Part shown: positions 27,931 to 40,396 of the stretch, in pieces | Layout of the letters: each line of letters starts with the position of its first letter | How positions within the stretch are numbered: the stretch's first letter is position 1 | Position numbers and translations under genes: made by a program | Notes under the pieces: generated by a model | What the model saw: the letters and a program-made list of their open reading frames with translations, nothing else | Told to the model about the DNA's origin: nothing | The model's database searches: none | NCBI RefSeq assembly: GCF_006345805.1 | Contig: NC_043007.1 | Span: 62,744,001 to 62,808,000, forward strand | Direction: 5' to 3' | DNA from: Octopus sinensis | Lineage: Eukaryota | Length of the DNA stretch: 64,000 bases

Positions 27931-28442
27931 CAGGCTTCTTTTCAGTTTCCATCTACCAGATCCACTCACAAAGCTTTAGTCAGCCCGATGTTAAAGTAGA
28001 AGACATTTACCCAAGGTGTCATGCAGCGGGACTGAACCCGGAACTATGTGGCTGGGAAGCAAGCTTCTTACCACACAGCCACTCCTGTGCCTATATACAT
28101 ATATATATTATGTATGTACATATACATATAACACATGCCCACACATACACTACTACCACCACCCAGACACAAACATCCAGCATGCAGCATAGATATATGT
28201 ATATTCTATTTTTTACTTCCATTGTTTTTTTCCCTGTTATTCAACATGAAAAGAAATTTTGCTGAATTAGCCCTCCAATGTCTGAAATCAGTAAAAGAGA
28301 GCAACAGAGCAACGTTTCTGTATCTGGCTGCTCTTCTTATATTTAACCATTAATTCAAGGAGTAGAACCTGTCTTTGTCAGTTAGGAAAACTGGAGCAAA
28401 AAGGAAGGTGAATCTTCTGTTAGTCATAATTGCTGGCAATTC

Positions 28443-28604
28443 TCAGTGATTCAGTTCTTCTCTGAAACTCAAAGAATGGTCAAAGAAGAAGCTGTAGAAT
28501 TAGAAATAAGTATATAATAGCAACATTCAATACATAGACAGTTCACTGTAGCCAAACCCAGACACCTGATGTCGAGGTCAAAGTAGTTTTTGATCACTGT
28601 AGAC
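28443..28604 (-). CDS. candidate last two coding exons of an unidentified host gene (28566-28604 and 28443-28491)
   Basis: Pyrimidine-rich AG acceptors, a 74-nt GT-AG intron and compatible phase 2 give STVIKNYFDLDISFFFDHSLSFREELNH*. The donor (GTGTCT) is weak and no homology was recognised. Confidence 0.35.
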
Positions 28605-28786
28605 CTGATATCAATGAGAAATAATATATATATATATACAGATAAATAAATAAGTAAATCCATAAAAAAAATATAAACAAGTAAAAGTTTAGCAATAAAA
28701 TCTGAGGAACAGACATAACGTTCTTCATATGATTGTCACCAGCAATAAAATGGCATTAACAACTGGCACTATAATCATAGGTGATA

Positions 28787-28831
<45 letters not shown>

Positions 28832-28876
28832 TATCGTCATCATCGTTGTTGTAATCACTATTATTGTCATCGTCAG

Positions 28877-28912
<36 letters not shown>

Positions 28913-28993
28913 TGTTGTCGTCGTTGTTGTCATCGTAATCGTCATCGTCTTCATCATCGTCATCATCATCATCATCGTCATCGTCATCGTCGT

Positions 28994-29035
<42 letters not shown>

Positions 29036-29068
29036 TATCATTATCATCATTATCATCATCATTGTCAT
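28787..29068. repeat. (CAT/CGT)n trinucleotide tract
   Basis: Directly visible; source of the poly-His and poly-Met ORFs. Confidence 0.95.
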
Positions 29069-29598
29069 CACTTTAACATTCATTTTTCCATATTTGCATG
29101 GTTCTGACAGAGTTTATTGAAGCAGATTTTCTATGATTTGATGTTCACCCTGTCAGCAACCCTTACCTCTTTCCAAGCAAGGTAATATATTTTCCCAATG
29201 CCAGGTGCGTTTTTGCAGAATATTAGAAATGACTGACATTCATTTGTAACAATCACACAATGTCAAGTTAGGCTGAGACAAACACACAGACTATATCTAA
29301 ACATATATAATTGTGTGCGTGTTTATACATACATATATGCATACTTACATACATACATATATACATACATACATCATCATCATCATCATCATCATTTAAC
29401 GTCCGCTTTCCATGCTAGCATGGGTTGGACGGTTCAACTGGGGTCTGGGGAGCCCGAAGGCTGCACCAGGCCAGTCAGATCTGGCAGTGTTTCTACAGCT
29501 GGATGCCCTTCCTAACGCCAACCACTCCGAGAGTGTAATGGGTGATTTTATGTGCCACCGACACAGGTGCCAGATGAGCCTGGCGAACGGCCACGCTC

Positions 29599-30368
29599 GG
29601 ATGGTGTTTTTATGTGCCACCGACACAGGTGCCTGATGAGGCTGGCGAACGGCCACGATCGGATGGTGTTTGTTATGTGCCCACAGCACGGAAGCCAGTC
29701 GATGCGGTACTGGCTACGGCCACGTTCGGATGGTTTTCTTGTGTGCCACCGGCACTGGTACCACATGGATACAAATTCCATTGATGTTCATCTATTTTGA
29801 TTTGATTTGATTTAATTTGATTTAATTTGATTTGATTTTGATTTTGATTTTGATTTTGATTTTCACTTGCCTCAACAGGTCTTCACAAGTGTCACAAGAA
29901 GGAAGGTATGCACAGGTGGACTGACTACGTCCCAGGTAGGGGCCACGGGTTATGGCCTGACTAGTCTTGCCGGGTCTTCGGATGGTGTTTTTATGTGCCA
30001 CCGACACAGGTGCCAGATGAGGCTGGCGAACGGCCATGATCGGATGGTGTTTGTTACGTGCCCACAGCACGGAGGCCAGTCGATGCGGTACTGGCTACGG
30101 CCACGTTCGGATGGTTTTCTTGTGTGCCACCGGCACTGGTACCACAAAGATACAAATTCCATTGATGTTCATCTATTTTGATTTGTTTTGATTTGATTTT
30201 CACTTGCCTCAATAGGTCTTCACAAGTGTCACAAGAAGGAAGGTATGCACAGGTGGACTGACTACGTCCCATGTAGGGACCACGGGTTATGGCCTGACTA
30301 GTATTGCCGGGTCTTCAGATGGTGTTTTTATGTGCCACCGACACAGGTGCCAGATGAGGCTGGCGAAC
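29599..30368. repeat. tandem array of a composite retroelement-derived unit (381 bp, 337 bp and a partial third)
   Basis: Units start GGATGGTGTTTTTATGTGCCACCGACACAGG at 29599, 29980 and 30317. Each joins RTE-UTR subrepeats to a minus-strand LINE-like end with an (AAATC)n tail. Confidence 0.85.
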
Positions 30369-30754
30369 GGAGGCGCAATGGCCCAGTGGTTAGGGCAGCA
30401 GACTCGCGGTCATAGGATCGCGGTTTCGATTCCCAGACCGGGCGTTGTGAGTGTTTATTGAGCGAAAACACCTAAAAGCTCCACGAGGCTCCGGCAGGGG
30501 ATGGTGGTGATCCCTGCTGTACTCTGTCACCACAACTTTCTCTCTCTACTCTACTTTTCTGTTTCTGTTTGTACCTGTATTTCAAGGGGCCGGCCTTGTC
30601 ACTCTCTGTGTCACGCTGAATATCCCTGAGAACTACGTTAAGGGTGCATGTGTCTGTGGAGTGCTCAGCCACTTACACGTTAATTTCATGAGCAAGCTGT
30701 TCCGTTGATTTGGATCAACCGGAACCCTCATCGTCGTTCCTGACGGAGTGCTTC

Positions 30755-30755
<1 letters not shown>
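30369..30755 (+). mobile_element. tRNA-derived SINE family 3, well preserved (other copies ~9285-9565 -, 20200-20510 +, 49890-49990 +)
   Basis: A-box TGGCCCAGTGG and B-box GGTTTCGATTCCC in a tRNA-like head. The 3' part CCTTGTCAC...GTGTCTGTGGAGTGCTCAGCCACTT...GGAACCCT is shared with the other copies. Confidence 0.85.
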
Positions 30756-30795
<40 letters not shown>

Positions 30796-30853
30796 ATTGG
30801 TGAATTGAAGAAATGGAGCTGAACGCAGATTGAACAGAAATCGTTTTATTTCA

Positions 30854-30933
30854 TTCTACACATGTTTCGAAAGGCACAAATTACCAAAATCCGATTGAAT
30901 AATGGGACCATATTGTGTCTTTCTCTTCAGGAA
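30854..30933 (-). ncRNA. minimal type I hammerhead ribozyme, intact core
   Basis: The minus strand reads UUC-CUGAAGA-GAAAGACACAA...UUGUGCCUUUC-GAAA-C-AUGU-G-UA-GAA. This gives a 3-bp stem I, 11-bp stem II (1 mismatch), a palindromic ACAUGU stem III and a GUA cleavage triplet. Confidence 0.75.
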
Positions 30934-31079
30934 GAAAAAAGGAAATCCGTTGGAAAAACTGCTGTGATTTTTGCTACTAAGGTATCGGTTAAACTTTTGA
31001 TTAATCTACTACAAGATTATTCATCTTTCTATTTCACATAAATTATATATATATATATATATTATATATATATAACTTA

Positions 31080-32245
31080 GAATAACTTAGAAAGGTTTTG
31101 GCCAGTATTGGCCCAGGCCATGTCTAACTTAATAGCACCACCTGGTGAAGTCTTTTGATTCAGGATTTGGGCACCAAGGCCCATTCGAGCAGAGAGTTAT
31201 TGTTTGCGGAGACGTATCCAGGTGTGGGTGGTTTGTCCGGGTCTGTTTGAAGGAATTTGTCCAAAATCTTCTTGAATTTTGTGTGGTCAGTTTCTGTTTT
31301 GACATGTCCTCGTGTAATGTTGAAGAGAGCGGGTCCAATTGAGGTGAAATAATTGTGCCGCAATGTTGTAATGAGATGCGATTGAGATTTTTGTTGTGGA
31401 TGGATGGCACGGGGTCCAAGTCTTGGATGTATTTTGAAGGTGATACCAACATCATTTGGACAGTGCTGATGGAATATTTTCCACATCATACAGATAATGT
31501 AGCATTCACAGTTTCAGCTTTTCCAGTCGATCCCAGTAGTCAAGGTCTGACATGCCATCTATCTTTTTCGTGATTGACCTTTGGGGAGCTTCAACTTTCA
31601 TAATATTCCGTTTCATGCAGGGAGACCACAGTGGACAGCAGTATTCAAGGTGAGGTCGGGCAAAAGTGGAGAAGAGAAGGATAATGGTGTGGGAATCTCT
31701 CGACTGGAAGGTTCTGAGAATCCAGGAACACATTCTGCGGGCCATGTCAACTTTGCTGCTTATATGTGTAGCCCAGCTTATGTTGTCCACATTTACTCCC
31801 AAGTCTCTGATGTTGTTAGACGCCATCAGAGTTTCACCAGAAAGAAGGGAGTATGGGAGTTTCAAAGTGGATCAATTCGAATTTGTCTTCGTTTAACAAC
31901 ATGTTGTTCTTTTGCGCCCATTGGACAACAGCCAGTAGGTCTGACTGAAGATCTATCGGTCATCCACGCCACTGATGACCTTCTGGAGCTTGGAATCATC
32001 AGCAAAGATTCTGATGTTACTGTGTTTGATGATGTCAGTGATGTCATTAATGTAGATGATGAAGAGAAGTGGGCCCAACACAGTGCCTTATGGGACACCA
32101 CTACTGACTTTAGCTGGGCTGGATTTGACCCCTTCGACTACAACATGTTGGGTTCTGTTAGACAGGAAGCACTTGATCCACTGCAGCAGCTTTCCAGTGA
32201 CACCAATATTGGACAGCTTTCTCAAAAGGATCTTATGATCAACCC
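31080..32245 (-). mobile_element. CR1-clade LINE, 5'-truncated RT and C-terminus with 3' UTR
   Basis: SGVPQGTVLGPLLFIIYIND, IFADDSKL, IRDLGV, RPHLEYCCPLWSP, YWDRLEKLKL and FKKILDKFLQ. Frameshifted; the tail is (CTAAGTTATT)-like. Confidence 0.9.
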
Positions 32246-32285
<40 letters not shown>

Positions 32286-32472
32286 TCAATTAATCAATAT
32301 AGGGTACCCTATATTGATTAATTGATGATTTTCTGACTAATTCTGAAATTGAATCAGCAGTTTATATTTACTGCTGATAAGTTGGCGCGAGTACGATGGT
32401 TTTGAAAATTTTAGGGCAGATATTCCTAGGGCATAGATACAGATGCCTCGTGTATATCCGTCTCTCCTGGCC

Positions 32473-32571
32473 TCTTTACCGATGAGGTGTAGCCTTTGGT
32501 TGATTGACTTAATTTAAGTTAATTAAGCTGGTTTGCCATTAAAAACACCGAAACAATGCATTGTCTAAAGA
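32473..32571 (+). ncRNA. type I hammerhead ribozyme motif with a U4-to-C variant and an enlarged stem II loop
   Basis: UCUUUA-CCGAUGA-GGUGU...ACACC-GAAA-CAAUGCAUUG-UC-UAAAGA: 6-bp stem I, 5-bp stem II, palindromic stem III and a GUC triplet. Confidence 0.65.
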
Positions 32572-32695
32572 TGAATTAGGGTAAATGTTTTTAAATTTTC
32601 CTTTAGTTTCTGAATTACTATTACTTGGCGGTTTGAGTACTGGCTGCTCTTTCTAGTGGGTCGAATGGCCTATTAAGGCCATTCCTCAATTGTTG

Positions 32696-32698
<3 letters not shown>

Positions 32699-32780
<82 letters not shown>

Positions 32781-32812
32781 TATATATATATATATAATAT
32801 ATATATATTATA

Positions 32813-32863
<51 letters not shown>

Positions 32864-32990
32864 TATATATATATATTATATATATATAATATATATATAT
32901 ATATATTATATATGTATATATATATATACATACACACACACACACACACACACCACACACACACACACACACATATATATAATATATATA

Positions 32991-33021
<31 letters not shown>

Positions 33022-33030
33022 CATATATAT
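32699..33030. repeat. long (TA)n/(CA)n compound microsatellite
   Basis: Directly visible. Confidence 0.95.
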
Positions 33031-33201
33031 TGGATTTTACTCATAAAGTATTGGAATCTTACATATATACCATTCTGCTTAAAAAATGGATCTACAACTT
33101 CAATATCCCTACATATCTCACATCTATTTTGTTTCCTCCACCTCAATCTCTATTTTGTATCCTATCTAAATTAACTACTACTTAACCATCCTTTCACACC
33201 A

Positions 33202-33251
33202 TCTTTGACGAAGGGCTATAATTAATAAATATCCTGGAAACAGCTGAAAGA
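33202..33251 (+). ncRNA. degenerate minimal hammerhead motif
   Basis: UCU-UUGACGA-A-GGG...CCUG-GAAA-CAGCUG-AA-AGA: stem I UCU/AGA and palindromic CAGCUG, but C3 and U16.1 are altered. Confidence 0.45.
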
Positions 33252-33379
33252 CCTTCTATCTATAAATGTTATAATATCTACACAGCCTTGGTTTTTTATC
33301 TCATTGTGCAAAAAATTCTTTCACATATATATATTTCTTTATATACACACATCCAACTGACATATATATACATACATGA

Positions 33380-34190
33380 ATACATACATACAAGATGCAT
33401 ATTACCCACAACACCTTTGCAGTACTTGTCCTCATGCCTTCTGAACTGGTCACTGCAAGAAGTCAATAAGAAAGATGCTCAAACTCACAAGCTGCTCAGT
33501 GTTACAGGAAGGAAACTTCAACATCAATGGAGATGTAGGCAGACTATATTTCCCATGTGAGGATGGTGGCTGTGGTCTTAAATCTGTATTAATGTCATAT
33601 CTATGTGACAACCAATGCAGACTTTGTGGAGTTTACACCAAAGATATCACCCACTTCATAAGCAGTTGTCTGAAAATGCCACCATAGTATTATCTATCGA
33701 AAGGACATGATATTGTTGCTAGGATTCTCTATAATGAAATCCATTGGAAGGACAATCCCAAGGACAAAGAAATAAGAACCTACAATGTGGTAGAAGCCAT
33801 AGCCACTCATAATAAAAAGGAGTACAGGTGGAATGTCTTATTGAAGACCTCAATAAAATGTAAGCACAACAGACCTGATATAGTGACTTGTGATAGAGAG
33901 GAGAAACTATGTGCAGTTGTGGATGTTAACATAAAGCTGATGATCAGTAAAAAAGAGAATATCTACACTGAACTATTGAAAAATATTCAGTTACTCTATC
34001 CAGATTACAAGTTCAGATTACCTCTAATTATTGGGGCCCTGGGATATGTAACACACTACCTAAATACCAGCCTTGAGAAATTAGGCTTCTCAAAACTAGA
34101 AAGGAGAAAGTTAATTTGAAGACTACAAATCCAATCCATCACTGGAACTGTGAAAATTTGTAAAACTTTCCAGAAGTTTATCATTTAAAT
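33380..34190 (+). mobile_element. second R4/Dong-like RLE LINE 3' fragment with an internal deletion
   Basis: GNFNINGDVGRLY, GGCGLKSV joined almost directly to CRLCGVYTKDITHFISSC, KHNRPDIV and IIGALGYV. Paralogous to 4940-6076. Confidence 0.8.
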
Positions 34191-34806
34191 ATATATGAGC
34201 ATGTCTAGATAAGCAACTATATGCATGAGAAAACATGCATAAAACAAAACAGACTAATCTGTACATATTCATAATACATACATACATACATACATACATA
34301 CATACATACATTACATACATACATACATATAGGCATGGCTATGTAGAAGTTTGCTTTCCAACCACATGGTTCTGGGCTGAATCCCATTATGTGGTACCAT
34401 GGGCAAGTGTCTTCTATGATAGGCTTGGGAGGTAATAATCCGGCTATTGGTCCATGATAGACTGCTTTGATGATCAATGTTACTATCATCTCGGCACTTT
34501 CTACTAACATATCCTGTAGTGTATATATATATATATATACACACATATATATATATATACACACATACATACATATATATATTCATACTTACATATATAT
34601 GTGTGTGTGTGATTGTCTATGCTTGTCCCCTTCCACCACTTGATAACTGGTGTTAGTGTGTTTATGTCTCTGTGGCTTGCCATAAGAAAAATAAATATGG
34701 AGACTGATTCATTCAGCTAAAAATTCTTAAATGTTGTATCCCATCATGGCCACAGTATAATGCCTGAAACAAGTAAAAGGACACACACACACACACATAC
34801 GCTCAC

Positions 34807-34881
<75 letters not shown>

Positions 34882-35278
34882 TGTGTGCACACACATATAT
34901 TGCTTTCAAAAGATTAAAAGAAAGAAACAGACAAACAAGTTATAGTCATATATAACATTAAAGCTAAAAAGAGTATAAAAGAGTTGACTGACTGATAGAA
35001 AATTTTAAGTATTTCTGACATTGGAAAGTAATTGCTGGAGGAAAAAAACTTAAGAACATGCCACTATATAGTCAAGAATACGAAAATAAATCAAAATTTA
35101 CACACAAAAAATACAATTGCATTCAATCTGATAGATTAATTTGTTTGTTGTTTTTTGTGTTTTTCCTAATTCCATCATTTACTTTTCAAACTTCAGTTAG
35201 ATTTCACAGTAAAATAAAATTGCTGAATGTTTTTGGTATGTTCAATTGAATTGCATTTTATTTGCCAGAAGAAACAAC

Positions 35279-35279
<1 letters not shown>

Positions 35280-35325
<46 letters not shown>

Positions 35326-35433
35326 TACATACATGCATACATACCTATATATGTATGTATGTATGTGTATGTATGTATGTATGTATGTATGTACGCATGT
35401 ATGCATGCATGCATGTATCTATCTATCTGTCTG

Positions 35434-35486
<53 letters not shown>

Positions 35487-35660
35487 ATATATATATATTA
35501 TATATATATATATATACATGCATACATACATGCATACATACATACATACATATATATATATATACATATATACATACATACATACATGTATGTATGTATG
35601 TATGTATGTATGTATGTATGTATGTATGTATGTATGTATGTATGTATGTGTGTGTGTGTA
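35280..35660. repeat. compound (TA)/(GA)/(TATG)/(TATC) microsatellite block
   Basis: Directly visible. Confidence 0.95.
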
Positions 35661-35789
35661 TGTGTTTAGAAAGGAAAAAAGAGATATTTAACTTTGTGTT
35701 GTTTCTTTTTTCTTTTTATATATTTTCAGTTTTAATTTCGTTTTTCTTTAGTGTTGTTTGAATAGAAGTTGATTCAAAGAAAAGATATT

Positions 35790-36830
35790 TCACACTGCAA
35801 ATTTCTTTGGCAATTTATTGGTCAATGGTGAACTCTTGCTCATAGGCTTTAGGTAGTACAGTGGATTTTGGTATCAAAAGTAGCAATCCAACAGAGAAAG
35901 CTTTAAAATTACCAGTATAATAAGGCACTAAAAGAGAATGGCTCTCCCCAGACACACTGATATATACATTTAGTCCACATAAACCATACAGAAATAACCC
36001 CAATAAAACAGACAGGAGCAATAGTAAAGATAAACCCAACAATAGGAATAAACTTGATAGCCATAACTATAATTTCACATGCCTTACAAATAATGAGGGT
36101 AGTTTCTATACCAGGCATAGCAATACTAACCATAAACGTAATAGTGATAAGATCTGGCTCATAATCCCTTTCGCCTTGCACCTCAAATCCAACATAGTTC
36201 GCTCATTAATGAAACTGATAGATAAACACTTAAGTGTAAATAATAAATATGCAGCAACATTTAGGAATAAAATTAGAGTAGGCCACAGCCTGACTAGTAA
36301 CCTAGCTACCATCATAGCCTCAATTAATAATAAAAAACTAGACACATTCTATGAAGCTAGGAAAATTAGGAACAATAAATCTAACAACCAACAGACTAAT
36401 AGAACAAATCCTACCACTAATGAAGTGCCTCCTAGTAACACAGGCCAAGACCAGAGTAGTAATACCCCACCACAACACAACACGAACACAGATATACCTA
36501 ATAATTTATGTGGTTCCAGGGATAGAAGTAAGTACCAATTCTCTAATAGATGTAGGACTAAAAACATATTTTACCAATGTGGTGTACACACAAATAGCCA
36601 TATAACATCCTATATAGGAACCACAAAAAACCAAATGATACTATGGTACAACACTCACCAATCTAGCTTCAGAAATAGCAAATAGGAGGCAAATTCAACA
36701 GGGCTTAGTAGCTATATCTGGGAGCTTAAGGACAAAAAAACAACATCTTACAACTCTACCAACAGATGGTGTGATCTCTGTTTAACCGAACGCCTGGAAA
36801 TTCTAACGGCTAATTTCTTAATAGAAAATA
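35790..36830 (+). mobile_element. Penelope-like element fragment (RT thumb/linker and GIY-YIG endonuclease)
   Basis: YNKALKENG, IW..PF..HLKSNI...LIDKH, CRTKNIFYQC...SYIGTT...YNTHQSSF, YIWELK and CDLCLTE. Confidence 0.75.
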
Positions 36831-38251
36831 TGAGAACAGTATTTTTTGTCTACATATAGGCCTGTCTTTTCCAAGTATCGGTAAACCTGCTTGACCCTGT
36901 TCACCTACCTTCCTTTCATCGATGTCTGTCTAGCAGTAATCTAGATGATCCTGCCCTACCCCTGTCACCCAGTATAAGCAGCAGCTATCTGACCAACCTG
37001 AGAGCAAATTCCCTAGCATCTGTTCACAATGCCTCTGGTGGACAAAAAGAGGCCAATGCTCACCTCTCTCCTCCCACATCCCCTTTCGCACTTCCTCTTC
37101 CAGTCAGCCCCTTGACAACTGACATCATAATCCTCTTCTTCTGTCTCATCTCGATACTTGGATAACATTCATGGCATGGAGAGGGGAGGTTGATATGCAT
37201 GGGTGACTACTGGTCTCCCATAAACAACTTTGACTGGACTTATGCCTCAGAGGGTAATTTTCTCGGTGCAATACCATGGTAATTCATAACCGAAGGGGGT
37301 CTTTACCCTTTTATGTGTTTGTAGACGTACGGGTCTATATATTGATATGTTTATGTGTATTTGGGGGTCTATATATGCATATGTTCCTAGTAACAAATGA
37401 AACAGGTAATGATGAATAAATAATTGCAAGAAATTTTCCAACTTCCTCTTTTATTATACTACGACTCTACAAACAATATTCCCAGTATTTTCAACTCAGG
37501 TGTTGATGATGATGATGATGATGATGATGATAAATATGTAACTCACATCAATACAATGAAAGTAAATATGTACTGGATTGTAATACTAGAGTAAGTAGAT
37601 GGGCTTCAAGAGGACACAGCTTGAGTTTTACCCTACCCACATTATATGCATGTTCTTTATATGTTTGTGAGAATGTTTGTATATGTAAGCATATGTGAGT
37701 GTAGAATATGTCTGATGAACTGAGATTTCAATCTGAACTCAGTTCCCAATTGCATCAGCTATTTCACTTATTTCCCTTGAGAAACCCTTGAACATCATAA
37801 TTCCTATTCCTCACTTCCCTGAAGTGAATGGTAATGGTCATTTATAGACGGATACTTCTGAATGTGAAAGTTAACTAATTGATTATTTTGCATTCTTGCA
37901 GATAATCTTATTCTGCGTGTGTGTGTGTGTGCATGCATGCTCAAGTGTGCATGTGTATCATCATTACCATGACCACCACAACCACCACTACCACCACCAT
38001 CATCAGCATCATCATAAACAACCATTCGTTAGTCATATAGAATTTGTTGAGGCAGATTTTCTACAGCTGGATGCCTGCCCTTCCTGTTGACAACCCTCAC
38101 CTATTTCCAGACATGGTAATATTTCCCATAGCCAGACATGCTTTTCAACAGAAAACTAGAGATGAACAATATTTCTTTGTCTAATGGTGATGCACATTTA
38201 CAACTGTGTGGTTTCAAGACAGGAGTAGAGAGAAACATGTACACTTACACC

Positions 38252-38302
<51 letters not shown>

Positions 38303-38313
38303 ACACACACATA

Positions 38314-38360
<47 letters not shown>

Positions 38361-38977
38361 TCATTCATACACAAACATGTTTGCATACATACATACATAC
38401 ATACATACATACATACATACATACATACATACGTACGTACATACATACATACATGCATACATACACACCAGTGGTTTAGATAATAGGGGAGTTGCTTTGC
38501 CCCATGCAGAACTGCAGGAGCTACTCAGAAGTTTTGCATGCTCTTCTTAATCCATTGCAATGCTGGAAACCTCTCCATATTAACAGCAAATATCTCAGGG
38601 TCACAAGCATGTTGTCCCTTAGCCTGTACACTTCTTTCCCTATCTGTCCACCAAATCCACTCATAAAGCTTCAATTGGCCCAGTGTGAGAGAAGACATTT
38701 GGCCAATGTACTGCACAGTGGGACTGAACCCAATATCACATAATTAAAAAGCAAGCTCCTTAACTATACAGACATAACAACATCTATCATCATCATAATC
38801 ATCATTATCATCATTTAACATAGTCCATCCATGCCAGCATGGGTTGGACGGTTTGACAGGAGCTGGCCAGGTAAAAGACTATCCTAGGCTACTGTGTCTG
38901 TTTTGGCATGGTTTTTACAGCTGGATACCCATGCAAATGCCAACCATTTCAGTTATTAGTCTTGCAATGCTAAAGTG

Positions 38978-39021
<44 letters not shown>

Positions 39022-39127
39022 TATATATATATAGGGAGAATTCACCAAAAAAATAAACAAAAGACAAAGACAGGTAGTGTAGACAACAAACAGATGTATT
39101 AGTATAACGCTCAGAAAGTGAAAAAGT

Positions 39128-39163
39128 CTTTTACATTTCGAGCTTATGCTCTTCCACAGAAAG
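39128..39163 (-). ncRNA. atypical or degenerate minimal hammerhead-like motif
   Basis: CUUU-CUGUGGA-A-GAGC-AUAA-GCUC-GAAA-UG-UA-AAAG: stems I and II are present, the core has A6-to-U, and stem III is reduced. Confidence 0.35.
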
Positions 39164-39655
39164 GAACACAAAAAGAAACAGGGAGAGAAAATAAAGAATG
39201 TGTAGTGGCTAGTGATCTTTCATATATATATATATAAGAAAATGGGATGACAAAAGAATGAATGATTATCTTATGAACTTCATTAGCTTACATCTGTATC
39301 TGCTATAAGATGCAGTAGATTTATAGTTGAGCATGTGAGTAATAGCATTTGGCTTCATCAGTGCCTAGAACATGATTGTAATTGTAATTACATAAATGTA
39401 ATTCTTTTCCCAAATAAATTGCACTTCATATTCAAGGTTCTGAGGAAGCTATAAGGTGTTACTCATACACTCAACTGTGAGTCTACTGCATCTTATAGCA
39501 AAAACAGCTGTAAGCTAATGAAGTTCATAAGATAATTGTTTATTCCTTTGTTATCTCATTTACTTATTACCGCTCTGTACTACACTAAAACTTCATTCTG
39601 AATCATATATATATTGAGTTCTACATCAGGTTATTAGTCTTTCAATGCCAAAGTG

Positions 39656-39694
<39 letters not shown>

Positions 39695-39995
39695 GCATAT
39701 ATAATTGTTGTCATCATTTTATTTCTCTCTTTTTCTCTCTCACTCTATTTCTCACAACACACACACACACAGTCAAATGCATCTATAAACTAACTACACC
39801 CAACAGAAAAGTGATACCTATCTTAAAGGAGGAATTCTTTGTATAACACATTCACTTATTCCCAATATAAAAATCAATAAAAGTTACTAAAATTAGAACA
39901 AGAACTAGCAAAAATAGAAAATAATTCATGGTGATGCTGACAATGAACAGAAATAAAAATAAAATAACAAAAAGACACTACATAAAAAGGAACAC

Positions 39996-40113
39996 CCAGC
40001 ATCAGTTGCCAATCAGGTATCTTCATCATTTCAGCCCCAAAGACAGTGCCACATCCAACAGTGTCAACAGGTTTCAGAAATTCTTTTGACATTGTTTGAG
40101 AATACACAGAGAA
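39996..40113 (-). CDS. candidate internal exon of an unidentified host gene
   Basis: Strong acceptor (TTTTCTGTTTTACCTCCTGTTTTAG) and one open frame, FSVYSQTMSKEFLKPVDTVGCGTVFGAEMMKIPDWQLML. The donor is weak and its position uncertain. Confidence 0.3.
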
Positions 40114-40396
40114 CTAAAACAGGAGGTAAAACAGAAAAATCATACAATATATATAAATAAAACATAAACATATATATATTATTATTACACGTACACACAC
40201 GTACATATATACATGCACAGACACACATACACATGCACACACACATGCGTACAAACACACACACACACTATCATGATCATCATTACTTAATGTCCAATTT
40301 CCACGCTGGCATGGGTTGAACGGTTTGACAGGGTCCAATGACCCACAAGGCAGTGGGACCAAACCCAGAACCATGTGGTTGGGAAGCAAGCTTCTT

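Noticed and set aside
30369-30440. tRNA-like sequence with A and B boxes
   Set aside because: It continues into a repeated SINE body and lacks a complete cloverleaf and acceptor stem, so it is not a tRNA gene.
35815-35927. Minus-strand exon-like segment VPYYTGNFKAFSVGLLLLIPK with a good acceptor, which seemed to extend a cNMP-binding-like domain
   Set aside because: The plus strand reads SNRESFK...YNKALKENG, the Penelope RT thumb, so the minus frame is probably antisense to a mobile element.
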